A DNA stretch of 64,000 nt from Rubrivivax sp. (GCA_031431555.1 JANPDN010000206.1:15558-79557), one strand, 5' to 3'. Positions 11,156 to 19,842 are shown, numbered from the stretch's first letter. The notes: generated by a model not told the origin, from the sequence alone. Program-made: numbers and translations.

Positions 11156-11563
11156 ATGACCGCCCTGAACCGCACCAAGGACCAGCCCTGGAAACTCAAG
11201 ACCGCGCCAGGCACATCCGAATACACGATGCATGTCGACGACGTGAAGGGCGTGCGGATGCTCGTGTGCACCGTCGGCACGACCGTTCTCTACTACGACG
11301 CCCGCTGCGTCGACGATCTGCACATGATGCTCAAGGCCCGGGCCGATTGGGTCGAGCTCGGCGGCGCTGACGAAAACAAGCCCGCCAAGGAAGGCAGCGT
11401 GGAAGCCTGGGGCCGCTCGCCAGACAACCCGGTTGGCGGCTGGTACGGTCTGAAGAAAGGTCTGCGTGGGCGTTTTGGCGTCTACCTGCCACCGCTGCTC
11501 GAAGGACTCGGTTTGTGCGAGCTCGAGCACCAGCCGAAGAACAACCGCATGCGTGCCAGGTAG
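11156..11563 (+). CDS. Conserved hypothetical protein
   Basis: 135-aa ORF with coding-like GC3 bias. The sequence (..WVELGGADENKPAKEGSVEAWGRSPDNPVGGWYGLKKG..) resembles a widespread uncharacterised family. Function unknown. Confidence 0.6.
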   Translation: MTALNRTKDQPWKLKTAPGTSEYTMHVDDVKGVRMLVCTVGTTVLYYDARCVDDLHMMLKARADWVELGGADENKPAKEGSVEAWGRSPDNPVGGWYGLKKGLRGRFGVYLPPLLEGLGLCELEHQPKNNRMRAR

Positions 11564-11696
11564 ACCGGCTGCCTGCCCGTTGCCGGGTGCCAGGCAAAGG
11601 GTCGAGTGAGCCACTGCGGGTCATGGGCTGCAGGCCGGGCCTGCGCTTCGCAGGCGCTGGCGGCACCAGCGCAGCCGAGCGGGACTTGCCCTTGAC

Positions 11697-12065
11697 TCAG
11701 GTGCTGATAGCGGTGGTGAAGGTCAGGCGGTTGCCGAAGGGGTCGGTCAGCGTCATGTCGCGTGTGCCCCAAGGCATCGCGTTGATGTTCGGGCGCGCGT
11801 GCTTGTAGGCCTTGGCGGACAGCTCGGCGTGCAAGGCATCGATGTCGCTGGTCTCGATGCGCATGCCCGCGCCGGGGCAGACGTCGCCGTGATGCTCGGT
11901 CAGGTGCAGCCGGCAATCGTCGCGCACGATGCCCATGTACAGCGGCATGCCGGGCTCGAAGCGGTGCTCGAAGACAACCGAAAAGCCGAGGAAGCCGAGA
12001 TAAAACTCGCGTGCCCGGGCTTCGTCGAAAATGCGCAGCAGTGGTGTGGTCTGGCCGAGGGTCAT
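11697..12065 (-). CDS. VOC/glyoxalase-family protein (bleomycin-resistance-like)
   Basis: 122 aa: LLRIFDEARAREFYLGFLGFSVVFEHRF...DPFGNRLTF, typical of the glyoxalase/bleomycin-resistance fold. Confidence 0.8.
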   Translation of the reverse strand: MTLGQTTPLLRIFDEARAREFYLGFLGFSVVFEHRFEPGMPLYMGIVRDDCRLHLTEHHGDVCPGAGMRIETSDIDALHAELSAKAYKHARPNINAMPWGTRDMTLTDPFGNRLTFTTAIST

Positions 12066-12141
12066 GGTCCTGTGTCCGGTTGAAATTTGAGGCTCAATTC
12101 GGGGGTTGCCCGACGCCAGTATGGCCGCGATGCCGGGGCGC

Positions 12142-12915
12142 TCAATGCCGCAGCTTGTAGCCCGAGCGCAGCAACTGCATCGCCACCACAGAGACGAGCA
12201 CGAAGCTCGATCCCACGACGGCCAAGCTCAACCACGGCGAGACATCACTCTGGCCGAAGAAGCCGCGCCTGAAGCCGTCGATCATGTAAAAAAACGGGTT
12301 CAGGTGGCTCGCCGTCTGCCACACCGGCGGCAGCGACTGCACCGAGTAGAAGACCCCCGAGAGCATCGTCATCGGCATGATCAGGAAGTTTGAAAACGCC
12401 GACAGCTGGTCGAACTTGTCGGCCCACAGGCCAGCCACCAGGCCCAGCGTGCCGAGCATGCCGGCGCCGAGCAGCGCAAAGACCACGATCCACCAGGGCT
12501 CGGCCAGCGCCGGTGGCGCAAACCACACCGTCACCACCATCACGCCCAAGCCGACGACCATGCCGCGCACTACCGACGCGCCGACATAGGCCAAAAACCA
12601 GGCCGCCGGCGACAGCGGCGTGACGAGCAGGAAGACCAGGTTTCCGGTGACCTTGCTCTGGATCAGCGACGAACTGGTATTGGCAAATGCGTTCTGCAGC
12701 ACGCTCATCATGACCAGCCCGGGGATCAGGAAGCTGGTGTAGCCGACGCCCGGAAAGACCTCGACCCGGCCTTGCAGCACATGGCCGAAGATGAGCAGGT
12801 ACATCACCGCGGTGAGCACCGGCGCGGCGACGGTCTGGAAGGCGACCTTCCAGAAACGCAGCACCTCTTTGCGGAACAGCGTGCCGGTGCCAGCGATCGA
12901 TAGCGTGGTGGTCAT
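12142..12915 (-). CDS. ABC-2 type exporter permease (YadH-like)
   Basis: 257 aa with six TM segments. N-terminus ..LFRKEVLRFWKVAFQTVAAPVLTAVMYLLIFGHVL. Confidence 0.85.
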   Translation of the reverse strand: MTTTLSIAGTGTLFRKEVLRFWKVAFQTVAAPVLTAVMYLLIFGHVLQGRVEVFPGVGYTSFLIPGLVMMSVLQNAFANTSSSLIQSKVTGNLVFLLVTPLSPAAWFLAYVGASVVRGMVVGLGVMVVTVWFAPPALAEPWWIVVFALLGAGMLGTLGLVAGLWADKFDQLSAFSNFLIMPMTMLSGVFYSVQSLPPVWQTASHLNPFFYMIDGFRRGFFGQSDVSPWLSLAVVGSSFVLVSVVAMQLLRSGYKLRH

Positions 12916-12969
12916 GCCGGGACGATAACCCGAGATGCAGGAGCATCCCGGCCACCCCGAGCCGCCGCA

Positions 12970-12997
12970 GCTGCCGGCTGCCGGCTGTCGGCTGCGG
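12970..12997. repeat. Heptanucleotide tandem repeat (GCTGCCG-like x4)
   Basis: gctgccg gctgccg gctgtcg gctgcgg, read directly. Intergenic, between the dehydrogenase stop (13001) and the permease start (12915). Confidence 0.85.
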
Positions 12998-13000
12998 CGG

Positions 13001-14491
13001 CTAACCGGCCCGGGCCCCGGCGCGCCGGCGCGCTGCGCCTGCCACGCCGGCCGCGCCGATGAACATCAGCAGCCAGGTCGCCGGTTCAGGCACCGGCGTG
13101 ATGCGGTAGACGATGCCGCCGCTGCCGTTGGACGGCGTATTCGTCACCAGCGCATAGAGCTCGCCGGCGGCGTCTTCACCAAAGCCATGCACCGTCAAGC
13201 CGTTGGGCAGCAGGCCGTTGTCGAAATCAGGCAGCAAAAACTCGAAGATCTGGCCGGTGTCGAGATCGGCGTAGAACAGCCGCCCATCGACCCGCGGCGG
13301 CGCGTTGCGAAGCGCCAGGTCGCCGAAGACGTACTTGCCGTACAGCTGTGAGATCGCGCTGCCGCGGTAGACAAAACCGCCGGTGATCGAGATGCCGTCG
13401 CCATGGTCGTATTGCAGGGTGCCCAGCGTGCCGGTGATCGGGTCGATGAGTCCGGCCGGCGCGCCCGGTGCACGGGCACCGACCTGGCCGGTCGTGCGGT
13501 CAAAGAGGAACTCGCCTTCCTTGATCGCCCAGCCATAGTTGCCTCCGAGCAAGACGCGGTCGATCTCTTCGACCGTGCCCTGGCCGACATCGCCGACGAT
13601 CAGGTCTCCGGTGACACGATCAAATGAAAAGCGGTACGGGTTGCGAAAGCCGTAGGCGTAAATCTCGGGCACCTGGCCGGCGCCCTGAAACGGGTTGGTC
13701 ACCGGAATCCGGTACTGGCCGTTGGCGCTGACGGCGTCGCTGCTGCCTGCGGTGAGCGCGGGGTTGAGCGGGTCCAGGCGCAGGAATTTGCCCAGCGGCG
13801 TACTCAGGTTTTGCGCGTTGCCGCCGGGCTCGATATGGCTGAGCCCCACATCGCGCGCATTGCCCCCGTCGCCGGTGCCGAGGTACAGGTAGCCGTCAGG
13901 CCCGAAGGCCACCGTGCCACCGTTGTGGTTGTTGGCGTTTTTGCCGAAAGAGATGATCTCGCGTCGCGAGCCCGGGTCGACCGTGCCCGGGGTGGTCGCG
14001 CTCATCTTCCATTCTGATATCAGGTTGCGGTAACCCATCGTGGCGTTGTTCGGCGCGGCATAGGTCGGGCCGATTCCGGCAGCGATGGGCTCGCTGGTGT
14101 AGGTGTACAGCGTCGCGAAGCCAGGGCTGGCCGGGGTGGCGAATCCGGGGTGGAAGGCGAGCCCGAGAAATCCGCGCTCGTCGTTCGCATTGGTGGGCAC
14201 CAGCGGTGGCGACACCAGCGCGCGAATGTCCAGCGCCGGCGTGCCGAGCAAGCTGCCGTTCTGGATCACCCGCAGGAGACCGTTTTGCTCGACCACATAC
14301 AGCCGGCTGGCGTCACCCGGCGCGCTGATCGCGTAGTCCGGCGCGGCCAGGCCAGTGGCCACTGGATCGAGCTTGATCGCGATGTTGCCGCGCGGGATCG
14401 GCGGCAGCACATCGGTCTGGGCGTGCAGCCCGGCGACGCCGAACAGCAGCACGGCGCAACCAGCGCGGCGCAGGTTGATGAGGTGGTTCAT
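13001..14491 (-). CDS. PQQ-dependent sugar (glucose/sorbosone) dehydrogenase-like protein with PEP-CTERM anchor
   Basis: Start set at ATG 14491 (MNHLINLRRAGCAVLLFGVAGLHAQ, AGGAGG Shine-Dalgarno upstream). Motifs HNGGTVAFGPDGYLYLGTGDGG and GFRNPYRFSFD. C-terminus VPEPATWLLMFIGAAGVAGAARRR. Confidence 0.8.
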   Translation of the reverse strand: MNHLINLRRAGCAVLLFGVAGLHAQTDVLPPIPRGNIAIKLDPVATGLAAPDYAISAPGDASRLYVVEQNGLLRVIQNGSLLGTPALDIRALVSPPLVPTNANDERGFLGLAFHPGFATPASPGFATLYTYTSEPIAAGIGPTYAAPNNATMGYRNLISEWKMSATTPGTVDPGSRREIISFGKNANNHNGGTVAFGPDGYLYLGTGDGGNARDVGLSHIEPGGNAQNLSTPLGKFLRLDPLNPALTAGSSDAVSANGQYRIPVTNPFQGAGQVPEIYAYGFRNPYRFSFDRVTGDLIVGDVGQGTVEEIDRVLLGGNYGWAIKEGEFLFDRTTGQVGARAPGAPAGLIDPITGTLGTLQYDHGDGISITGGFVYRGSAISQLYGKYVFGDLALRNAPPRVDGRLFYADLDTGQIFEFLLPDFDNGLLPNGLTVHGFGEDAAGELYALVTNTPSNGSGGIVYRITPVPEPATWLLMFIGAAGVAGAARRRAGARAG

Positions 14492-15201
14492 GAGCGGTCC
14501 TCCTGGTGCAATGGCGCCGGTGCGGCGCGGTCGGTGAGGCATGCGGCGCCGCGACGGCGCCAACGTGATCCGGCGATCACGGCGAGGCCGGCCAGGGTCA
14601 ACCACGCGGCTGCCGGCTCAGGCACCGCAGTGACGTTGTCCAGCCCCAGCGTGCCGACCACCGCGGCGCCGGGGAATGCCGGCGCGGTGGCGTGGAACAG
14701 GCGCAATTGCCGGACGTCGCCGAGGGTCGCCGCGACTTGGCCCTGCAGGGCGCTGGTGTCGAGCGCAAAGCTGACAGCTGTCCAGTCTGCGCCGGCTGCA
14801 AGTGCGACGGCTTGTGACGACACCGCGCTCGCGCCCGGCGGGCCGGCCAACCACAGCCGCAGGTGCAGGGGCGTGCTGCCGAGGTTGCTGACATCCATCG
14901 TGATCCGGTTGACGCCGGCGGCGAGGTAGTCGCCAGCCCATTGCGCACCGGCGATGACGGCCAAGCGGCTGTTCGCTCCCGCCCCGCCAAGCGCGACGAC
15001 GGCAAGGTAACCATCGCCTGCACCGCCCGCGCCGCCGTTGGGGACGACCGTTGGCGGGACGATGATGGCCGGGCCGGCGGCCCAGCCGGCGTCGGCACCG
15101 GCTTCAAATGTGTCGACCATGCCCAGCGACAGTGCCGCTGCCGGGCCGGCGCAGGCGATCAACGCCGCCGCGAGCGCCCCACGATGCGATCGGAAAGCCA
15201 T
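14488..15201 (-). CDS. PEP-CTERM sorting-domain secreted protein
   Basis: Last 237 codons of the 551-aa ORF. ATG at 15201 gives signal peptide MAFRSHRGALAAALIACAGPAAALS. C-terminus VPEPAAAWLTLAGLAVIAGSRWRRR. ATGA overlap with the downstream dehydrogenase gene. Confidence 0.7.
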   Translation of the reverse strand: MAFRSHRGALAAALIACAGPAAALSLGMVDTFEAGADAGWAAGPAIIVPPTVVPNGGAGGAGDGYLAVVALGGAGANSRLAVIAGAQWAGDYLAAGVNRITMDVSNLGSTPLHLRLWLAGPPGASAVSSQAVALAAGADWTAVSFALDTSALQGQVAATLGDVRQLRLFHATAPAFPGAAVVGTLGLDNVTAVPEPAAAWLTLAGLAVIAGSRWRRRGAACLTDRAAPAPLHQEDRS

Positions 15202-15399
15202 GGCCGTGTCCTTCGCGCAGCGCCACCGCGAGCCGGTGGCCGATGACGGATATACGGAGCACTGCGGCTGGGGCTTCCGCCGAGATGTATCAAGCGGCAA
15301 CAGCGACGCGCCGACCGCTGCCACGCAAGCACGCTGCCGCGCCGCCGCGCCGCCGCGCTTCCAGATCGTGCGACCGACGTGGGTTCGTTTTTGCCGTGT

Positions 15400-15427
15400 G
15401 GAATGACTGGCGCGCGCCTTCCGTACA
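15400..15427 (+). promoter_or_regulatory. Putative ECF-sigma-dependent promoter (GGAAT-N17-CGTACA) upstream of the CHRD gene
   Basis: ggaatgactggcgcgcgccttccgtaca ends 41 nt before ATG 15469. 21 of 28 positions are identical to the site at 16191-16218. Confidence 0.4.
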
Positions 15428-15468
15428 ACAGCCAGAACAAACCCCGTTCCAACTTCGAGGAGGCCATC

Positions 15469-16104
15469 ATGAACTTGACTTTCGCACGCACTATTGCGAG
15501 CGCCTACGCCGGCACCTTTGCCAGCACCGGCATCGCCCTGGGCCTGTTGTGCACGCTTGCGCAACCCGCCCTGGCGCATCAACAGGTCTACAACGCGGTG
15601 CTGACCGGACTTGCTGAAAACCCGAGCAACGCCTCGGCCGGGCTCGGTTCGGCCGTCGTCACCTTTGACCTCGACCTGATGACGATGCGCCTGCAGACCA
15701 CCTTTGCCGGTCTCACCGGATTGGTCACCGCTTCGCACATCCACTGCTGTGCGCTGATCCCGGGCGTGAGCAACGCCGGCGTCGCGTCGCAGACACCGAG
15801 CTTCGCGGGCTTCCCGCTGGGTGGCAGCTCTGGCGCGTATGACCACACCTTCGACCTGGCGCTGGCCTCCAGCTACAACGCCGCCTATGTCACCGCCAGC
15901 GGTGGCACCCTGGACAGCGCGCTCGCCGCCTTGCTGGCCGGCGCCGAAGCCGGCCAGGCGTACCTGAATATCCACAGCAGCTTCAGGGCGGGTGGCGAGA
16001 TCAGGGGCTTTCTCGTGCCGGTCCCCGAGCCCAGCAGCTATGCGTTGCTGCTCAGCGGTATCGCGCTGCTGGGCTGGGCGGCACGCCGCCAAAAGCGCGG
16101 GTGA
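15469..16104 (+). CDS. CHRD-domain protein with PEP-CTERM anchor
   Basis: ATG 15469 with GAGGAGG Shine-Dalgarno. Signal peptide ..LLCTLAQPALA; CHRD pattern ..LTGLAENPSNASAGLGSAVVTFDL..ASHIHCC..AYLNIHS; C-terminus VPEPSSYALLLSGIALLGWAARRQKR. Confidence 0.8.
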   Translation: MNLTFARTIASAYAGTFASTGIALGLLCTLAQPALAHQQVYNAVLTGLAENPSNASAGLGSAVVTFDLDLMTMRLQTTFAGLTGLVTASHIHCCALIPGVSNAGVASQTPSFAGFPLGGSSGAYDHTFDLALASSYNAAYVTASGGTLDSALAALLAGAEAGQAYLNIHSSFRAGGEIRGFLVPVPEPSSYALLLSGIALLGWAARRQKRG

Positions 16105-16190
16105 TGAGCCTGCGCTGCTGCGCAGAACGCGGATCGACCGCAACGCTCAGGGGGTGGGTCGGCAGGTGACCCCGCCACGGCCACGGGCCG

Positions 16191-16218
16191 GGAATAGCTC
16201 GGGTGCGCCATTCGTACA
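16191..16218 (+). promoter_or_regulatory. Putative autoregulated ECF promoter (GGAAT-N17-CGTACA) upstream of or overlapping the ECF sigma gene start
   Basis: ggaatagctcgggtgcgccattcgtaca. It overlaps the first ORF-track start (GTG 16203), so the true start may be GTG 16227 or later. Confidence 0.4.
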
Positions 16219-16766
16219 CTTCAACAGTGCATGCCCCGCCTGATTTTCGTCGCCAATTGCTTGCAGCAATCCCGCGCCTGCGCCGCTATGCGCGCTCGTT
16301 GACCTTCGACACGTCAGCTGCGGACGACCTGTCGCAGCAGACCTTGGAGCGCGCGCTGTTGCATTGGCAGCAGTTCGACCCGCAGCGCGAAATCGGCTTG
16401 TGGTTGCTCTCGATTGCGCACAACGCGCACCGCGACTGGGTGCGCCGGGAGTCCCGCATGACGGTGACCGACCCCGAAGAGCTTCAGCGGGTTCAGGACG
16501 ACCGGGGTGGTGAGCCGGGGCAGGACGTCGGCCTGCGCCTGGACTTGGCTGCCGCGCTCGCGCTGTTGCCCACCGAACAGCGTGAGCCGCTGCTGCTGGT
16601 CTGCGTGGAGCAACTCAGTTATGCCGATGTCGCCGCACTGCTGCGCATCCCGATCGGCACGGTGATGTCGCGGGTGTACCGTGGGCGCGCGGCACTGCGC
16701 AAATTTCTTGATGGTCACGGGCGCCAAAGACCCGAAGTCGGCGGCCCGCTACGGCGGGTGATATGA
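16203..16766 (+). CDS. ECF sigma-70 factor (start uncertain: 16203, 16227 or later)
   Basis: 187-aa ORF. Region 2 is AADDLSQQTLERALLHWQQF..WLLSIAHNAHRDWVRR; region 4 is LSYADVAALLRIPIGTVMSRVYRGRAALRK. Confidence 0.85.
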   Translation: MRHSYTSTVHAPPDFRRQLLAAIPRLRRYARSLTFDTSAADDLSQQTLERALLHWQQFDPQREIGLWLLSIAHNAHRDWVRRESRMTVTDPEELQRVQDDRGGEPGQDVGLRLDLAAALALLPTEQREPLLLVCVEQLSYADVAALLRIPIGTVMSRVYRGRAALRKFLDGHGRQRPEVGGPLRRVI

Positions 16767-17626
16767 CGATGAGCAACGAACGCTTCAGCGACGAACAGAT
16801 CAGCGCCTGGGTTGACGGTGAGCTCGACGCCGTCGAGCGCGAGCGCATCCAGGCCTGGCTCCAGGATCACCCGCAGGAGTTGGCCCTGGCGCAGGGCTGG
16901 GCCGCCGACCGCGCGGCGCTGGCGGCGGCCTTCGGCCCGGTGCTGGCCGAGCCGGTACCTGAAGCCTTGCTCGCCACCGTCGCGCAGCGGCCGTCTGCCG
17001 AGCGAACACCACGCTGGTTGATGGCCGCGGCGGCTGCCGGCCTGCTTGTCGCCGGCGCGCTGCTCGGCGGTGGCGGCGTGTGGCAGTGGCAACAACAGCG
17101 ACTCGCCGAACAGACATCGATCCTGCTCACGCAGCAGGCTGCTGGCACGGCGGGGGGCTGGGTCCAGCGCGCGGCATTCGCACACGCGATCTATGTGGCC
17201 GAGCCGCGCCATGCGGTGGAAGTCAAAGCGCACGAAGAGCACCTCTCGCGCTGGCTCACCCGCCGCATCGATATCCCGGTGAAATTGTTCGACCTGCGCG
17301 AGCAGGGCTTCGAGCTCGTCGGCGGCCGGTTGCTGCCGGACGGCCCGGGCAAGAGCGCGCAGCTCATGTACCAGGATGCCCAGCAACGCCGCGTCACGGT
17401 CTACCTGCGCAAGCCCGAGCAGGGCACCGATGCGGCATTCCGATATGAGCAGCAGGGCCGGCTCGGGATGTTCTACTGGATCGAGGCCGGCGCCGGTTAT
17501 GCACTCGCTGGCGAACTGCCCAAGCCGACGCTGCTGGACCTGGCTCAAGCCATCTATCGGCAGCATCCCGGGGTCCTGCCCGAGGCGCCGAAGGTGCCCG
17601 CCAGCGCGGCATCTTCGCCGCGGTAG
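16763..17626 (+). CDS. Anti-sigma factor (single-pass membrane)
   Basis: ATGA overlap with the sigma gene. N-terminus FSDEQISAWVDGELDAVERERIQAWL is typical of an anti-sigma domain. TM helix WLMAAAAAGLLVAGALLGGGGVW, then a periplasmic C-terminal domain. Confidence 0.7.
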   Translation: MTMSNERFSDEQISAWVDGELDAVERERIQAWLQDHPQELALAQGWAADRAALAAAFGPVLAEPVPEALLATVAQRPSAERTPRWLMAAAAAGLLVAGALLGGGGVWQWQQQRLAEQTSILLTQQAAGTAGGWVQRAAFAHAIYVAEPRHAVEVKAHEEHLSRWLTRRIDIPVKLFDLREQGFELVGGRLLPDGPGKSAQLMYQDAQQRRVTVYLRKPEQGTDAAFRYEQQGRLGMFYWIEAGAGYALAGELPKPTLLDLAQAIYRQHPGVLPEAPKVPASAASSPR

Positions 17627-17710
17627 TGCGGTGGCCGTCGGCCGTGGGTCGATCAGTCCCACGAGTTCATGTCTGGGCCCATGCCGACCTGGGCCGGCCT
17701 CGAGCAGTTC

Positions 17711-18133
17711 TCAGTCCGGCATGCCCAGCGCAAAAGCGCGCAGCAACTTGGCGGTATCCAGGTAGTGGCGAAACCGGCTGACCTTGCCCGCGGCATCGAA
17801 GGTCCACAGGTGCAGTTCTTCGTCGTGGTAACGGCGGCCGGTTTTGGTCACGCTGAAGTCGATCTCGATCTCGGCCGCGACCTGGTGGCCACTGGCGACC
17901 AGGCCGACGACCTTGAAGCCGTGCATCTGCACGCCGGCGAGCTCCTGGAAAAATGCCTGCACCTGGTCGGGGCCGCGGCGCGCCTGCATCAGCGGCACGC
18001 CGGCCTGCTGGGCGCTGTTGCCGGCCCAGTCGTCCCAACGCACGTCGGCGGCAAGTGCTGCCAGGATCGTTGGAATATCGCCGCTGCCAAAGGCCTGGTA
18101 GATCGATTGCACGGTCTGCACGGGAGAGTTCAT
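17711..18133 (-). CDS. SnoaL/NTF2-like (ketosteroid-isomerase-like) protein
   Basis: 140 aa: VQSIYQAFGSGDIPTILAALAADVRWDD.. pattern, about the size of a cone-shaped alpha+beta fold. Confidence 0.65.
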   Translation of the reverse strand: MNSPVQTVQSIYQAFGSGDIPTILAALAADVRWDDWAGNSAQQAGVPLMQARRGPDQVQAFFQELAGVQMHGFKVVGLVASGHQVAAEIEIDFSVTKTGRRYHDEELHLWTFDAAGKVSRFRHYLDTAKLLRAFALGMPD

Positions 18134-18244
18134 GGGGTGCTCCGGGGTTGAAGGAGAGCACTACGATAGGCACCGCGCCGGCAGCGCGCATCGGCCGGAT
18201 GGCCTATCGTGTGGTGTGGGCGATGCGGGCGGGCCCGGCCAGCG

Positions 18245-19822
18245 TCACCGGAACAAGCCCTGTTCGACCGCCCACAGCGCTGCCCCGGCGCGGCTCTTGA
18301 CCCCCGTCTTGGCGTAGATGTGGATCGTATGGTGCTGCACCGTGCGCGGCGAAATCGCCAGCGCTTGCGCGACCTGCTTGTTCGACAGGCCGCGCACGAC
18401 CAGCCTCAGTACGTCGACCTCACGCGGGCTGAGTTCGCCCGCGGTGGCCGCCGCCGGCCTCGCCGGGGCCTGGCCGGCGGCGGCCAGCACGGCGTTGGCG
18501 GCTTGCCGGCACAGCCTGCCGTGGCGCACGCCATCATCGAGCACGGCGCGCGCCTGCGCTGCCGTCAGCGCTACGCGGTGCGCGCGGTCTTCGGTGCAGG
18601 CGCGGTAGACATCGGCGGCGGCGAGCAGCCGCGGCGCGGCATCGAGCGACGGATCGCCGTGGGTGTCGCGGTGGGTGTCGAGTCGATGCTCGCGGCCCCG
18701 CTCTCCGCGGTGGTAACCGCTGCCGTCGAGCCGCTCGTGGGTGCGCCCGGCCATCTCGGCATAGGTTGCCAACGCCGGGCTGCGCCGCAGCACGCGGTCG
18801 GTGTAGTAGCTGTGCAGGTGGACTCGCTCCCACTCCGCCGCATTCAGCGCGCCGGGTTTGTCCCAGACGCCGGTGGCCACCGCAACACGGCCGAGGTCGT
18901 GCAGCAGCGCCGCGCGACCGATCTGCGCGGCTTGGTCGGGGCCCAGGCCGTGGATCTGGGCGGCCGCCACGACCAGCGCGGCAACGCCTTGTGAATGCCC
19001 GGCGAGATAGCCCGACTTCAGGTCCGCGACCAGCGCAAATGCATCGAACAGCGGCATCAGCGAGGCCTCGTCGAGCAGCCACAGGCCCGGCTCGCAGGCC
19101 AGGTAGTCGTCCCACACCGATGCCGCGCCCAGGCCGCGGCACAGCGCTGCGGCGTCGCCGACAAAACGCTGCACGATCGCCGGGTCGAGATGCCCACCGG
19201 CGCGGCGTTGCAGTTCGGCCACCGCGGCTGTTTCGCCGCCCAGCGCATGAAAAACCACCGCGATGCGCGCGACCTCGACGCAACGCTGCGCCAGCGGCAG
19301 CGCGTCACCGGCCTTGCCCTGCGGCTGGCCGCCGCCGTCGAAACGTTCGTCACCATCGGCGAGGGCGTCGATCACCGCCGCTGGCATCAACAGCTTGCGC
19401 CCGCAGTGCACCGCAGCGTCGCATTGCGCATGGGCATGTGCTGCCGGCGCGCCCGGGCTGGTCAGCAGCCGCGTGACGCCGCGCAGGCGCTGCGCCAGCG
19501 GCGCGCCGCGGCCGACATCGTTGAGCACCGCATGCAGGAACTGGCTCGGCCGGCCGAGGTCGTGCTGGACAAAACTGCGCCGCAGGCCGATGTCGTCGCC
19601 ACTCGCAAACGCCGCTTCTTCGACCGCATAGCCGTTGCAACCCAGGTAGCGCAGGACACCCGTCCAGAAGATCTCGGCGCGCACCGAGACCGGCTCGCCC
19701 TGCACCAGCCGAGATGCCAGGATCGCGATGCGCAGGCCGTCTTCGGCCGGCATGCCGTTGCCAAGATCGGTGGCCAGCGACAACGCGCCGAGCAGGTCGG
19801 CCAGACGCAGAGCAGCGGCCAT
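18245..19822 (-). CDS. HD/HD-GYP-like domain protein fused to LuxR-type HTH
   Basis: 525 aa. HSQGVAALV..LLHDLGRVAV..HERLDGSGYHRG (HD-GYP with GYH). C-terminus LSPREVDVLRLVVRGLSNKQVAQALAISPRTVQHHTIHIYAKTG. Confidence 0.8.
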   Translation of the reverse strand: MAAALRLADLLGALSLATDLGNGMPAEDGLRIAILASRLVQGEPVSVRAEIFWTGVLRYLGCNGYAVEEAAFASGDDIGLRRSFVQHDLGRPSQFLHAVLNDVGRGAPLAQRLRGVTRLLTSPGAPAAHAHAQCDAAVHCGRKLLMPAAVIDALADGDERFDGGGQPQGKAGDALPLAQRCVEVARIAVVFHALGGETAAVAELQRRAGGHLDPAIVQRFVGDAAALCRGLGAASVWDDYLACEPGLWLLDEASLMPLFDAFALVADLKSGYLAGHSQGVAALVVAAAQIHGLGPDQAAQIGRAALLHDLGRVAVATGVWDKPGALNAAEWERVHLHSYYTDRVLRRSPALATYAEMAGRTHERLDGSGYHRGERGREHRLDTHRDTHGDPSLDAAPRLLAAADVYRACTEDRAHRVALTAAQARAVLDDGVRHGRLCRQAANAVLAAAGQAPARPAAATAGELSPREVDVLRLVVRGLSNKQVAQALAISPRTVQHHTIHIYAKTGVKSRAGAALWAVEQGLFR

Positions 19823-19842
19823 CGTCGGCGCCTTCGAAGGTC

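Noticed and set aside
12915-12957. Possible third REP copy upstream of the ABC permease (gccggga-N24-tcccggccacccc)
   Set aside because: Only the right arm resembles the 59.7-kb REP stem. The left arm overlaps the permease start codon and the loop is unrelated. It is too degenerate to call without genome-wide copies.
15202-16143. Upstream two-thirds of the 551-aa minus-strand ORF 14488-16143
   Set aside because: It runs antisense through the well-supported CHRD gene and its Shine-Dalgarno and promoter, and has an Arg/Gly/Ala-rich composition typical of off-frame high-GC ORFs. A clean signal peptide starts at ATG 15201, so only 14488-15201 is called.
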